Source: Pseudovirgaria hyperparasitica | Taxonomy: Eukaryota | Length of the DNA stretch: 64,000 nucleotides | Assembly (NCBI GenBank): GCA_010093815.1 | Contig: ML996588.1 | Direction: 5' to 3' (one strand) | Part shown: positions 13,514 to 25,119 of the stretch, piece after piece | How positions within the stretch are numbered: the first letter of the stretch is position 1 | Layout of the letters: each line of letters opens with the position of its first letter | The notes under the pieces: model-generated | Database searches by the model: none | Told to the model about the DNA's origin: nothing | What the model saw: the letters and a program-made list of their open reading frames with translations, nothing else | Translations under genes and position numbers: made by a program

Positions 13514-14041
13514 TATAATAAATTACTAGCTATAATTACTAAAGAATATATAGACTCTAGTATAAGTAGTATAAGAGATAGTATAACCCGTAGAAGGGGT
13601 GTCTATAATACTATAGGTAGCCTTAGGTAACGGCCTAAGGCTAAGATAGATAGCTATAGAGAGAGCTAATCATAGATACTTAGAATAGATATTCTAAGTA
13701 ATATACTAAGTAATTAGAAATAGAATATTAGTATTCTAAGTAACGTACTAGACGCTTAGAATAAGTATTCTAAGTAAAGGACCTTAGTAGAACTATATAG
13801 ACCCTTCGAACCTAACCTCTAGAGATAGTTCTATAGTAATTAATTTAAACTTATACTAATATAATTACTACTTTACTCGCTAACTAGCTAGTTACTATTT
13901 ATACCCTATTAATACTTATTATAAACCTACTTATACTCTTCTAAGCTCTCTAAGTACCTTTATCTTTAGAAAAGCTAGAATACTCTATATAACGGACTAC
14001 TTTAGGGATAAGCTACGTCCTTACTAGAAAGGTTTATTATA
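13514..14041 (+). repeat. 3' LTR of Gypsy-1
   Basis: Direct repeat of 7004-7532, preceded by AGAAGAGG purine tract. Confidence 0.9.
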
Positions 14042-15812
14042 ATATATACCTTAATAGCTATACCTTAGAAGAGTATTCTATAGTATACTATTCTTAATTA
14101 TTAATCTTTATAGAAATAAATAATACTAACTAGTTATAGTATTATATACTCTATTAGAACTTCTCTATTATATAGTTCTAAATAGTAGTACTATTCTAGA
14201 TCTATTATATCTATAAGAGAAGCTAGTATAAGATAGAGGGATATTTAGATAGTACTAGAATCTATACTTTACTATTACTATAGTAAGGTATCTAAATCTC
14301 TCTATTTACTCTTATTACTAGAATCTCTTTATACTAGAAGAAGATATTATAGAATCTATATAATATACTTAGATAGTAGAGAATATACTAAAAGTTACTT
14401 ATAATAGGGTAGGTAATATAGGCGTATAGAGTAGCTAGCCTAGATTTATAGTAGTAGATATCTATTATATAGTATAGTACTCGATTATTTACTACTTTAC
14501 GACGCTAATATATAGATATTTAGTATATCTAGAATTAATATTATAGTATCTACTAGAGAGGGTCTAAGAAAGACTTCTAATTATAATATAACTATTAGTA
14601 TAGAGTATAGAGTATATATTACTAAGATAGTAACTCTAGTCTTATAATATACTCTATCTAAGAATAACTTTATAGTATTTACTAGAGAGTATCTAAGGAA
14701 GAGTTCTAGTTATAATATAACTACTAGTAAGAGATAGATAGTATCTATTATTAAGACGGCGATTTCTATATTATAATAATTTAACTCTCTCTATATAAAT
14801 AACTTTATAATATCTACTATAGAAGGTCTAGAGAGAAGTCTTCTTCTATAACTAAAGGTAGCTATTATAGAGTAAGTATTAGTTCTAACTATAGTATAAA
14901 AGAAGTTCTAAATATATTATCTAGTAGATATTTATCTATTATAATACTTACTAATCTATCTATAGAACTATCTATTATCTAGAACTATTATAGATTAAAT
15001 TAAATTAGCTTTTAAATATATTAAGGTCTAGCTAGCTATATACTAAAGAGAGTACGCTATAGTATATATATAAGACTATTAGTATAGTATAGGGTTATTT
15101 AGAGAGTATTTAGATTACTTATAATATAGTAGAATAATAATTAGAAGGTATTATAGAGTTAGTAATAATATTAGTAGCTCTAGCTCTTAAGATATAACTA
15201 TTATAGAGAATAGGGTGTAAAGGGGATAATAGTTTAATATTATAGAGGACTAGAAAGAAGGAGTTAGTATATATCTAGCTATAAAGAAACTACTTAGAAG
15301 AATATATATAGAAATTAGTATAGAGTATTCTAATCTATTATAGAACTAGTACTACTAAGAGAGACTAGTAGAGAGAGTAATATATATTACTACTACTATT
15401 ATATATTTTAAATCTTTAGACTCTTTTTCTTTATTTATAGTAGTATAATAATATATTATAGAGAGAGAATAGAAGAAAGAATAGAAGAGAGAATAGAAGA
15501 GAGAATAGAAGAGAGAATAGAAGAGAAAAAGATAATAATAATAAGTCTTAGATATACTAGAAAATTAATAGTCCACGCCGCTAAGAGCTATAGATTTTTT
15601 ACCTACTACTAAACGCGATACTAGAGGCTTATAACTAGAACTTATCTATAATACCGCGTCTATAAGTTATAGAAAGTATATAGAATTACTTAGTATAGCT
15701 AGAAGTATAATTTATTAGAATAGATTTTTAATTAAGATTATAGTTAATTTATTATATTATAAAAAGTGGTTTTTTAGTCGTGGTTTTAGTGAGGGCGCTA
15801 GCGGGCGCTAGA
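14042..15812 (-). mobile_element. 5' portion of a Helitron (Rep/helicase N-terminus), RIP-inactivated, truncated at the Gypsy 3' LTR
   Basis: Minus frame from ~15446 (MPP.TKKKS after de-RIP) contains the Helitron N-terminal signature C-x2-C..FW..E, then PCC.NGKV.IP (14256-14291), then F...I..YN..V.F.SM (14106-14162). Candidate 5' end A|TC at 15812 with hairpin CTAGCG-CC-CGCTAG. Confidence 0.72.
15461..15527. repeat. 12-bp tandem repeat (AGAAGAGAGAAT) x~5
   Basis: Directly visible. Confidence 0.9.
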
Positions 15813-15944
15813 TAAAACGTTATATCTTTTTATGATTCTATAGGAACAGATAGACTTAGTAGACACGTTAATCAATTTTACCACGTCTAATTTACCAAAG
15901 TTCCCACACTCGACACGTCGTTCCTGCTTACCCCTACTCAGTCT

Positions 15945-17248
15945 TCACCATTCACGAATTTCTCCACCGGGACCGATGAAGCCTGGGCTTAGCCATGGCA
16001 TTGCTTTTTTGGACAGACTTCGCACCTGCTCCTCGTCGATTTCAATCCCCAACCCGGGTCCTGTTAACAAGTTGATGTATCCACCCTCCACGTCCCATAC
16101 CTTAGGATTCTTCGTATAGCTTGTCAGATCTTGGCTACCGGCATTGTAATGGATACCCAGGCTCATCTCCTGGATGGCAAAGTTTGCACTCACCGCGTCC
16201 ACCTGGATGTTTGCAGCCAATGCAATTGGCCCAAGTGGACAATGAGGGGCGAGGGACACGTCGTATGCTTCACACATTGCTGCTATGCGTCTCATTTCCG
16301 ATATTCCTCCCACATGTGAGATATCTGGTTGCAGTATATCAACACAGCCAGCTTCCAGGAACGGGCGTACATCCCAACGGCTGTGCAGACGCTCACCAAG
16401 TGCAATTGGAGTGCTCGTCTGCTTCGACAATGCTTTGATGCCGTGGATATGTTCCGAGAGTAGGGGCTCCTCGATGAACAGCGGGCGGTGCGGCTCGAGG
16501 GCATGAGCGAGTTGCTTTGCCATAGGCTTGTGAACTCGACCATGGAAGTCGATGCCAGCGTCCATGCCGAGTGCCTTTACAGCCTTCAAGCGCTCAACGC
16601 TGTTATCTAAGGCTGATGGGGAATCCAACCAACCCAGGTCCTCTGTGGCGTTCATTTTTACTGCTGTGAACCCTTGGTCTTTGCGTGCTTGTCTAACAGT
16701 CTCCTTCGTCAGTCAGTCTCCGGCACTGAACATCTTCATTCTTACGCTTGAATGCCGACGTCTCCAGGTCGGTCGCCGCCTATCCATGCATATACCTTCA
16801 GTTTGTCGCGAACCCTTCCTCCGAGTAATTGGTATATCGGCACGCCTAACTTTCGTGCTGGATCATGTCACCCTCAGGATAAGTAGGTACATTTACCTCA
16901 GAACGAACCTTTGAGATCCCATAGAGCAATGTCGATACCAGCTAGCGCACTCATGAATACAGGTCCACCTCGGTAGAAAGTTGTACGCCAGGACATCTGC
17001 CAAATGTGCTCAATGTCACTTCAAAGCATTAGTAAACATACAGGCTACATGTAGACGACGTAATCAGCATACTCAGCATCAAGTCCCATGTATCGATCGA
17101 ACCATGCATCTAAACATCCCTCAACAGCCTGTGTATGACCTTCCAATGAAGCTTCTCCCCAGCCAACGTTTCTCCTCTCATCAGTGATTTTCACGAATAG
17201 CCAGCGCGGCGGAACTCGAAAATACTCCATAGTCGCGATTTTCCCCAT
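15945..17248 (-). CDS. dgoD: D-galactonate dehydratase (enolase/mandelate racemase superfamily), 4 exons
   Basis: Spliced product reads [21 protein letters not shown]...GWGEASLEG...[37 protein letters not shown]...[10 protein letters not shown]...[12 protein letters not shown]...FIEEP...GERL...[12 protein letters not shown]...[13 protein letters not shown]. Three GT-AG introns join the exons in frame. Confidence 0.93.
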
Positions 17249-17551
17249 GATGGCAATATAATGTTCTCAAGAAGTGACGTTCTCAATTGTTCAAGTCACC
17301 ATGGGTATGAAGATTTCTTTTCCGAAAATGTTTCCGATCCAGCTCCGGACCCAAATGCCGCTCCAACCCTGTCGACATGCGGGGCAGAGTAGTGTAGCGG
17401 GGTAGGCCATCCATTCATCGGCGGAAACCATGCCGAAGTTCAAACGCCGACAGAGGTATTTATATCATCTATTTCAACTTTGTAGTCAACACCTATAAGT
17501 CGTCCGTACGGATGTCACACTTTGGAATATCTTATCTCACACGGCTCGAGT
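17249..17551. promoter_or_regulatory. Bidirectional promoter with two CreA/Cre1-type SYGGRG sites
   Basis: GCGGGG at 17379-17384 and 17397-17402, several CCG/CGG triplets, and a TATA-like TATTTATA near 17457, between divergent ATGs. Confidence 0.55.
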
Positions 17552-18643
17552 ATGGCACAAATACCACCGACTGGTGTGTTCGTCCCAGTCCCCACTTTCT
17601 TCACAGAATCGTCAACATCATCTGGTAATGGCCTCCAGGCAAAGGTCGATATCGACACACAAGTCCAGCACAGCATATTTCTCGCCAATAACGGCATCAG
17701 GGGACTCGTTCTTCTGGGTTCAACTGGCGAAGCTATCCACTTGACCAAAGGAGAGAGAATAGAACTCGTGTCTAGAACACGTAAAGGACTAGACCACGCG
17801 GGCTTCAACGACTATCCAATAATGGCTGGAGTCCTCACTAATGGTGTGGACGAGACACTGGAATGGCTTGACGACTACGCAAAAGCAGGTGCCCAATGGG
17901 GCTTGGTGCTCGTGCCCGGATATTTCGGAGTCTCGGCAAATCAGGAAAACATTAAAGAGTGGTTTACATTAGTTGCCGACAAGAGCCCGCTGCCGATTCT
18001 AATGTATGTCCCAGGACATTGTCTCGGGCACTGGTTGTTTCTCGCTAACATGGTTCACAAGATATAATTATCCTGGCGTCACGAACAATGTTATGGTTGA
18101 TCCCCTCACATATACCGAGCTTGCACAGCACCCAAATATCGTAGGCTGTAAAATGTAAGCCTCGAGCCACATTCACTCAAATCGGGCCAGATACTGATCC
18201 CCTGAAGGAGCCACGGAAATGTTTCACATCACGTCCAAGTCTCTCTCGACCCAGACATCGACCATAGTAAGTTCCGTGTCTACAGTGGCTTCGGCCAACA
18301 GCTCGGTCCCATAGTGTTCTTCGGCGCTGCAGGCGTCATTGATGGCTTGTCATCTGTCTATCCAAAGACTGTGTCGCGGCTGTTCGATCTTGTGGAGAAG
18401 AACGGGACGGATGCAAAGACTATCAAGGAAATCCAGAGGCTGCAATTTGCTGTTAGCAGGGCGGAGGAGTTCATTGGTAAGTTCGGTATCATAGGCATCA
18501 AAGAGGCAACGTACCGAGTGGCTGGTTTCGGCAATTTGAAAGGTGGAAGACTGCCGCTGAAAGGCCAAATGGGGAAGGGCGAATTTGACAAGTGGCATAA
18601 GATTCTATTGGCACGGATTGAGGGAATTGAGAAATCATTATAG
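17552..18643 (+). CDS. DHDPS/NAL-family class I aldolase (2-keto-3-deoxy sugar-acid aldolase-like), 3 exons
   Basis: GVFVPVPTFF, LGSTGE, YNYPGVT and Schiff-base GCKMSHG motifs. Introns 18004-18061 and 18155-18207 join in frame. Confidence 0.9.
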
Positions 18644-18969
18644 ATGGCATGCTTTGCTTACTTTCTTTAGATTGACGGAGCGCAATAGTAATACAATGTA
18701 TACTTCGTTCTGATATTGCAACCGCCCGAGATCTATATTATAATAGCGTTTGATTGTAGCTGAAAATGAAAGCTACAATTAGGCATAAGACTCAATAATA
18801 CAAACATGTTTTCGAGCCATCCCTATCATTCCAATCCCTGTGTTCCTAGAACTTCTTTATGTATGTGGATATCCAGCGGACGGGCACGATTTCATGATAT
18901 TGTTTTGCTAGCACAATCATATGTGTTTCGCCTAGAAGCAAATGAAACACAAGCTCCGATTTAATAACA

Positions 18970-19850
18970 AAGTAAGTACATGCGTCCCCTAGACCTCATG
19001 CGCTACCTTCAGCCTTATTTTAGATAGTAACATGTTTACTACCCACTCGTACGTGGGAGGGCTACCCGGCTTATCTAAGTTACCTCTAATGCTACCGGGT
19101 ACAGCCTTGTAAGCTTAAGAATGCATGCCCGGTAAGATCTACTTGGATTTTTATATAGTTTTCCTCCGTGACTCCTCCTCTACTTTTGTTCTTCTTTAAA
19201 TGAAATTTACGCTCTAAGAACTTATAATAGCTTCCCTATCTAGTGGCGGACACCCTTGTTAAGAAGTATATTCACCCTAAATCAAGAAGGGAAGGGTGTA
19301 TATTACGTTGGCTACTTCGCTCTAGTACCTAGATAGATAGAAAGGAGACTAAAAATGCGGATAATAACTTATCTATACCTTGATAATAATCTGTTTTACG
19401 TTAAAGTAGTAATGAAGATTAGTAACAGGTATATATACTATCCTTCCTTTGCTATTATTCCTTCGTTTATCTTTGCTACTTAAGGAATTAATGCTAGTAG
19501 CTCTATACTATAGGAGGCATTCCATCGCTAATTCCGCGACCTGATTCTTTAGTAACTTTTGTACCCTTAGCCTTCTTCCACTAGCTCTACCGTATATATA
19601 TAAAGAGATAGTAATGTTAACGCTGGTAGCTTAGCTTATACGTAAAGTAATATGAGCTCGTAGTCTATTGCATGCTCTATCTACCGCGATATAGGACTTT
19701 CAATAATAATCTACAGCACTAAAGGCCTCTACTACTAGCCACTACGGTATTAATAAGAACGAGGTCGTTGTATAGCGGATCGATGGAGCCCAAATGTAAC
19801 GCTAACAATACCTGTACCTTAATAGTAACGTAGATAGTGTGATCACGTAA
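18970..19850 (-). pseudogene. RIP-damaged gene relic, unknown product
   Basis: Frame reads ...RRTKVEEESRRKTI*KSK*ILPGMHS*AYKAVPGSIRGNLDKPGSPPTYEWVVNMLLSK with TAA/TAG at Gln-like positions. Confidence 0.4.
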
Positions 19851-21699
19851 GACTCGTTCGTACCTACATATGTAGACTAATGTATGTATCTTCTTAACAA
19901 AAGCCTAACATACCTTTAGATGCTACTATCTTCTCCGTAGATAAGTGGTATTGCGTTCTTATCGAAGGATTACATAAGAAGTCATCCATGCTCAGGTACT
20001 GATTCGTCATTATGCTTCGCATGTGGTAGAGTTTATGTCTACCATCGGCTTTGGGTTCTTCCCGTCGATCCTTAATCGAGAGATTTCAGCTCATTCTCTT
20101 AAAAACTACCTCTTCTGTATCTTCATTCCAATTCTTGCATATCTTTCGCCTAGATGTTACATCTCTCGTTATATTGCTCCGCTAACTCATTCTGTTTTCT
20201 TTACAGAGATAGACACTAGATGGATAAGTCCTTGTAGATTTTCTATAGCACTGTCTTAGATCGTGTTACCCAAGGCTTAAATCATAAGCATTGTACGTTC
20301 CTCTTTCGCACCTGAGATCTAGGGTACATTCTCCAAAGTATCGGATCGTAAATTTTTCTCTGGGCGATTTCGTGCCGTTATGTTATGCTTTAGGTAGTAG
20401 CGCTCGATGTCATCGTGCGCAAAGACTAGGAGTCGCGTTTTCTTGTAATGAGAAGAATAATTTTCATGGGCGAAGTATGATCATGTCGAAAGGTTCAGCT
20501 GGAGCGGTTAGTACTAAGTACTAATGTACGTTGTAACGTTAAGAGGATCCAAATTATTAACAACGAAATGAAAAGATAGTACTCCGTTAGATGAGGGAGG
20601 CCTAGTCGCGAGGAGAGGAGCGGGAGACAACTTTGATGCTAGTATCATGCAGTGTGCTTTACTAGAGGCGAATTTCTTGTCCTAGACTATGGTGGGTCAT
20701 ATAGGGGTCTACTGGCTGGCTAGCTTTGAGTTTGGTAACTCTACACATGATTACTATCGAAGTTCGCGTAGGTTGTACCTAAGCTGGTACTAATCCAATC
20801 ATTGGTGATTTCAGAAGAGCCTTGCATAAGGGGCTGTCATTGGACAAACGTCTATAGATTGGAAAGTATTTATCATGAGGACTATTGAACGTCTCCGGGG
20901 CCAGTCCCGGGGGTAGCCATCTTCTCGCGATTGGCGGACGATAGCAAGGGCCAGAGGTCAAGGCTTTATTGGCCGTAGACTCTTTAGTCTAACAATATCG
21001 TACTGAAAGGGCCAGTTGAGAATCAACTGACGTAGTTACGTAGTTAACCTTTATGTCTAATTGTTCTGTGGTTATCTCTCCATTAGTAGACTAATAAGTA
21101 CATCTATCGTCGTGTTCTATACGAGGATTTGCAGTTCGGCCCCTACTAAATGGGCTATGACAGGATCTAAAAACCTTTTACTGAATTCGCTGCTATGTAG
21201 AAGAATAGAACATGAAGTACTAGCACGACCCTGCCCGCTCATTAATCCGAGTGGTGCATGTATGCATGCCAAAGTCCGATCTACAACCTCCCCTCTTCTC
21301 CGATCAAGCTCGCAATGCGTACAGTTTAGGCTGGGACTGGAACCTTGCCATGTATTTACTAGGGACTGTTGTTGTTGACCTGTGAGATAATTCGCAATAT
21401 CTGCACATATATGCTCTTAGGTTCCAGGTCCTTGCTATTGATATACATTACTCAAGATAAGGGAATGTAGCACAGTACGGAGATTTTACGATGCCACTTA
21501 TGAGTGGATTTCCCGCTACTGCGATTTTGTTTGTCAAGCTACATTGTGTTTGTGAGTAACGAGGGATAGTGTCTCTCTATTCGTCCAACTGCATAATTAG
21601 ACTTACGAGCGTAGCATTCAGTCAATCATGAATCATCTCCTAAGAAGGATTCACTACAACTGCCATATATATTATGGATCCCCAGCAGTAATAATCAAA

Positions 21700-22560
21700 G
21701 AAATATGAGCTTCTCTTCTCTCCGGTGTATTCTTATCTATCTTCTACACTCCGTATATTTCAAGCTCCTTCTTTTATCTTTTATCTTGACTTCTACTTCG
21801 ATTTCCAGGATAAATAATGCTCTCAATTAGAACTTAGTCTTGTCTGGTAGCTTATTAGTCCCTTAGCTTCCAGAGCACCGCCACTGTTTCATTATCTGGT
21901 ATGTAGTCGTTCGTGCGCAGCGTATGCATTGAAAATTTTTCGTTCTTTTTCGCTTCAGCTTGCTAGCTTAGTTTTCCTGTCTCATAACGACTAGGGAGAT
22001 GGTAGTTGAGCTACTAGGTTCATAGGATTCCATGCACTTGCTTCGTATTTCTAGCGATTAGGTTACGCGTACGTCTTTCCTTGTCGTTTATATTGGCGAT
22101 GAGATGGTTGGTTCTGGAGAAAGAAGCATTCATGTGTGTCCTCGAGGTATCAGGTTTGAGTTTGGCTGTCTGTTCGGAGGTGAGTCTGAGGGAGGTAAAT
22201 TTCTCGTAGCTGCGGCTGTATTTGCGGACCTTCACGGATGTATCTTGCTGTATCCGACCCAATACAGCAAGATGGAGACGAATAGTGACATGTTGAGCCT
22301 GTCGTGAACTTGGAGAAAATGATTCGTGCTATGGAAAGCAGCCAAAACAATATCTGTACCTAGTCTACATTCGATGGTCTTGGCATTTCATCCCCGGAAG
22401 GAAGTCTTCAGGAGGCTGTTTCCAAGCTTCTAGCTCAACCTGTACGATCGCTCCAATCTGAGAGCTCTGCCATCGGCCTTTCTTATGACGCATGAAATGT
22501 GTCCAGCAGGCCTGCGAAGAGTACCAAGATCGATATCTGTCTACAGACAACTGCTACTGT
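21700..22560 (-). pseudogene. Lightly RIP-damaged gene relic, unknown product
   Basis: Track ORFs 22365..22550 and 22020..22262 are in the same frame and continue through TAG/TAA/TGA codons, each one C->T from CAG/CAA/CGA. Stop density rises towards 21.7 kb. Confidence 0.55.
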
Positions 22561-23199
22561 TCATTATCCATTCACAGAGGCACAAGAAGTGAGTTATGGT
22601 CTCGCACAGGCGCAGACGCGTCTTCTAATTTATTGAAAGACATTTGACTCAATCGCCAAACCTTTACGGCAGTATCAGACGCAACCATACACTCAGAGTC
22701 GCATGCGCACAGCCAAGAAACTACCTACACCCCCGGCTATCTCGAGCTAAGATAAAAAAATGGATTTTGAAATCGACCTTCTGCACCGAAGACCGTTATG
22801 GCAAGAAATCGCTCATAAGATCCGTATTTCGAGCCGGGAGCCACAAACAAGTGATACATCAACACGACAGTTTCAGCTTAGGATTAGCCCATTGAAAATT
22901 CAGCTCTACGCTGCGCACACAATTCGAAATCACACTGACATTGAGAAAGAGTTACTCGTGGATATTTGTATTGACTGAGAGCTAGCTAAATTCAAATGAT
23001 GTGAAAGTCAGGCAAAGATCTCCTGTGCTTCGATGAAGAGGGAGTGACAGCCAGTTCTTCAATTGAAGAAAAGGTACAGGTCTAGCAGAGGTCTAGCCTT
23101 ACAGACTGAAACATTCTGAACCAAACCAGGTCAACTACTTACCATATAAGCGCTTTGCATCTTGAGCTGACGTGACCAGCGACTGCGAGTATCGTACGA

Positions 23200-24350
23200 T
23201 GATCCACCCTACGGGTCCTGTAACTTGGACAGGAGCACATAATGGCAAGGTGAAGGAGGTGCTAGGCAACTCATATGACTCTTCTGAATGACTATGAAGG
23301 AGTTGGAGCGATGAGATCAGAAAAGAGTAAATCAACCTTCGGTACCCTCGCTCAGAAACCAAGAAGGAACCCGGTCAGCGACAACGCGTTGCAAGTGAAG
23401 GGGAGGCAATCAATCGATACATGGTTAAGGTCTGACAAGGAGCTGCGCAAACATCTCAAAGATGACCCTAGAAATTCGGGAGTTTGCAAAGCCGCAGGCT
23501 AACCCCGGGAAGGGCTGCAGCAGAAGACGAGCAGAAGGCAGCACAGAAGAAAGTGCGGAAGAAAGTGCATGTTGCAGTATCTAAAGAGTATCTCATTCGA
23601 GACCTAGAATACAGAATACTGAATGTCTTTCTGCTCGGAAGCTGTGACACTTGAGAAGAGGACCTGTGCCATTGGAAATATTCGACGACTAGCTTCACAG
23701 ATCCACCAAGGCTGCCGCTAGCATGGCATTCGAATTCAAGGATCTACTGGAAGAGCTGAAAGTCGTGTGATGTAATTGCGGGTAACAGCCAGTCTACGGT
23801 CAATTCTCCGGAAAATATGAGCTTTTCCCTGGCTAGTACTTCATAAGACGTGCCGAAAGGAAACCCGAAATACCGCTAGCAGCCTTGTGTTGCTTTTCGA
23901 ACTCGTGAGCAGCATGAATAGAGCGAAAGAGACTACGGGATTTCACCCTAGAGAAGTTCCTCCCATCGTGCCCAATAAGATGAAAAGGGTCGACAGTGTC
24001 AGTTCTTCAAGCGAATCCCCAGGACGCAAGAGAAAGGCAGTCCGTGTTTCGTCCTCTGAAGACCCGGAGATCGAAATGTCTGTTTCCACCGATGAAGCTG
24101 AAACGAATGGCCGGCTATCTGTCGGCGCATCTCCTCCATCATATGCAAGTTGGAAGATGTGATCACGCAAGTGGAAGAGCCCATCCGTACTGTGCTTAAC
24201 GAAATTGCCAATGAGTTAAGAGACGTCGTGGATGGGTCTCCAGGAACACACTGAAATTCTGTCATTTTTAGGAAGCGTAGAGCAGACAATGAAGAAAAGG
24301 GCATAAGCGATGGAGGTACATTTCAGCAACTTTTGATATATGCAACACGA
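23200..24350 (+). pseudogene. Frameshifted gene relic, unknown product
   Basis: Protein-like fragments in shifting frames (WLRSDKELRKHLK; AAEDEQKAAQKKVRKKVHVAVSKEYLIRDLEYRILNVFL; SESPGRKRKAVR; EEPIRTVLNEIANELRDVV), separated by stops and frameshifts. Confidence 0.45.
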
Positions 24351-25119
24351 TGGGGTCTTGATGGGAGCTAATCACCCACACGGAACATGGAACATGGATG
24401 CTTTCATGTGCATTCTAGGCCGATGGCGTTCTCGACTTTGTCTTGTGGATATCAGAAATGTCTAGGACAATTGGGCGTGTTTATAAGCAGTTTGTCCTTT
24501 AGCACATCTCTGGTGTCAAAATACAAGTCCGTATGCGATATGCTAGCTGCTTTTGCGCTAGCGATAAGATCATCTCTATTAGGAGAACTGTCGCGGATAT
24601 GATACCTTGCGTGGAGGCTGGAGATATTCTTTTCATTACTGTCGACCGGTGTCTGGATGAACAAGGGACTAATGAGTCGAAAGCTGGGGAAATCCACTAT
24701 CCACGCTCTTCCATGGATCTGTATTTTCTAGCTTAGACTGACTAATAGTATACGGCAACATGCAAGACTTTGCTCTCTACTGGGGACATAGTCAGCCGAC
24801 TGTATGGGGATCTGTCACCTAGCATATTAACTCCTGCTTCGTTGTGCTTATAGATCTATTCAGGCACTTTGTTCCAACAGCCGATCCGTAAGTCAATGGC
24901 ACGATACGTGCTATGATATATCCCAATCCCGATGTTTGAGGTATCGCCGAAGACGCACAGCCAGCGCCACGAGATCTGTTGATCCAATTAGCCCCCACTA
25001 CTCACCACCTGTCAACTCCAGTGGTATATGCTTGCTAATATGTCAAGAAAATGAAAGTAAACCCATGGCACGACTGAATACACACTGGCCTTCATGATTC
25101 GAGAACGGTGCGTGCCTGA

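Larger units (their letters stand above)
7004..14041 (+). mobile_element. Ty3/Gypsy LTR retrotransposon (chromovirus), RIP-inactivated
   Basis: LTRs at 7004-7532 and 13514-14041. De-RIPed motifs in order: gag zinc knuckle (~8460-8507), protease LI(D)SG (~9530), RT VYLD(D)ILIY (~10602), RNase H VE(T)D (~11045), integrase ISMDF (~11786), chromodomain EYLIK(W)KGY (~12710). Purine tract before the 3' LTR. Confidence 0.95.

Noticed and set aside
1..15830. Starship element (DUF3435 tyrosine recombinase captain)
   Set aside because: No recognisable captain motifs at the visible boundary, which instead carries Helitron motifs. A captain outside the window cannot be excluded.
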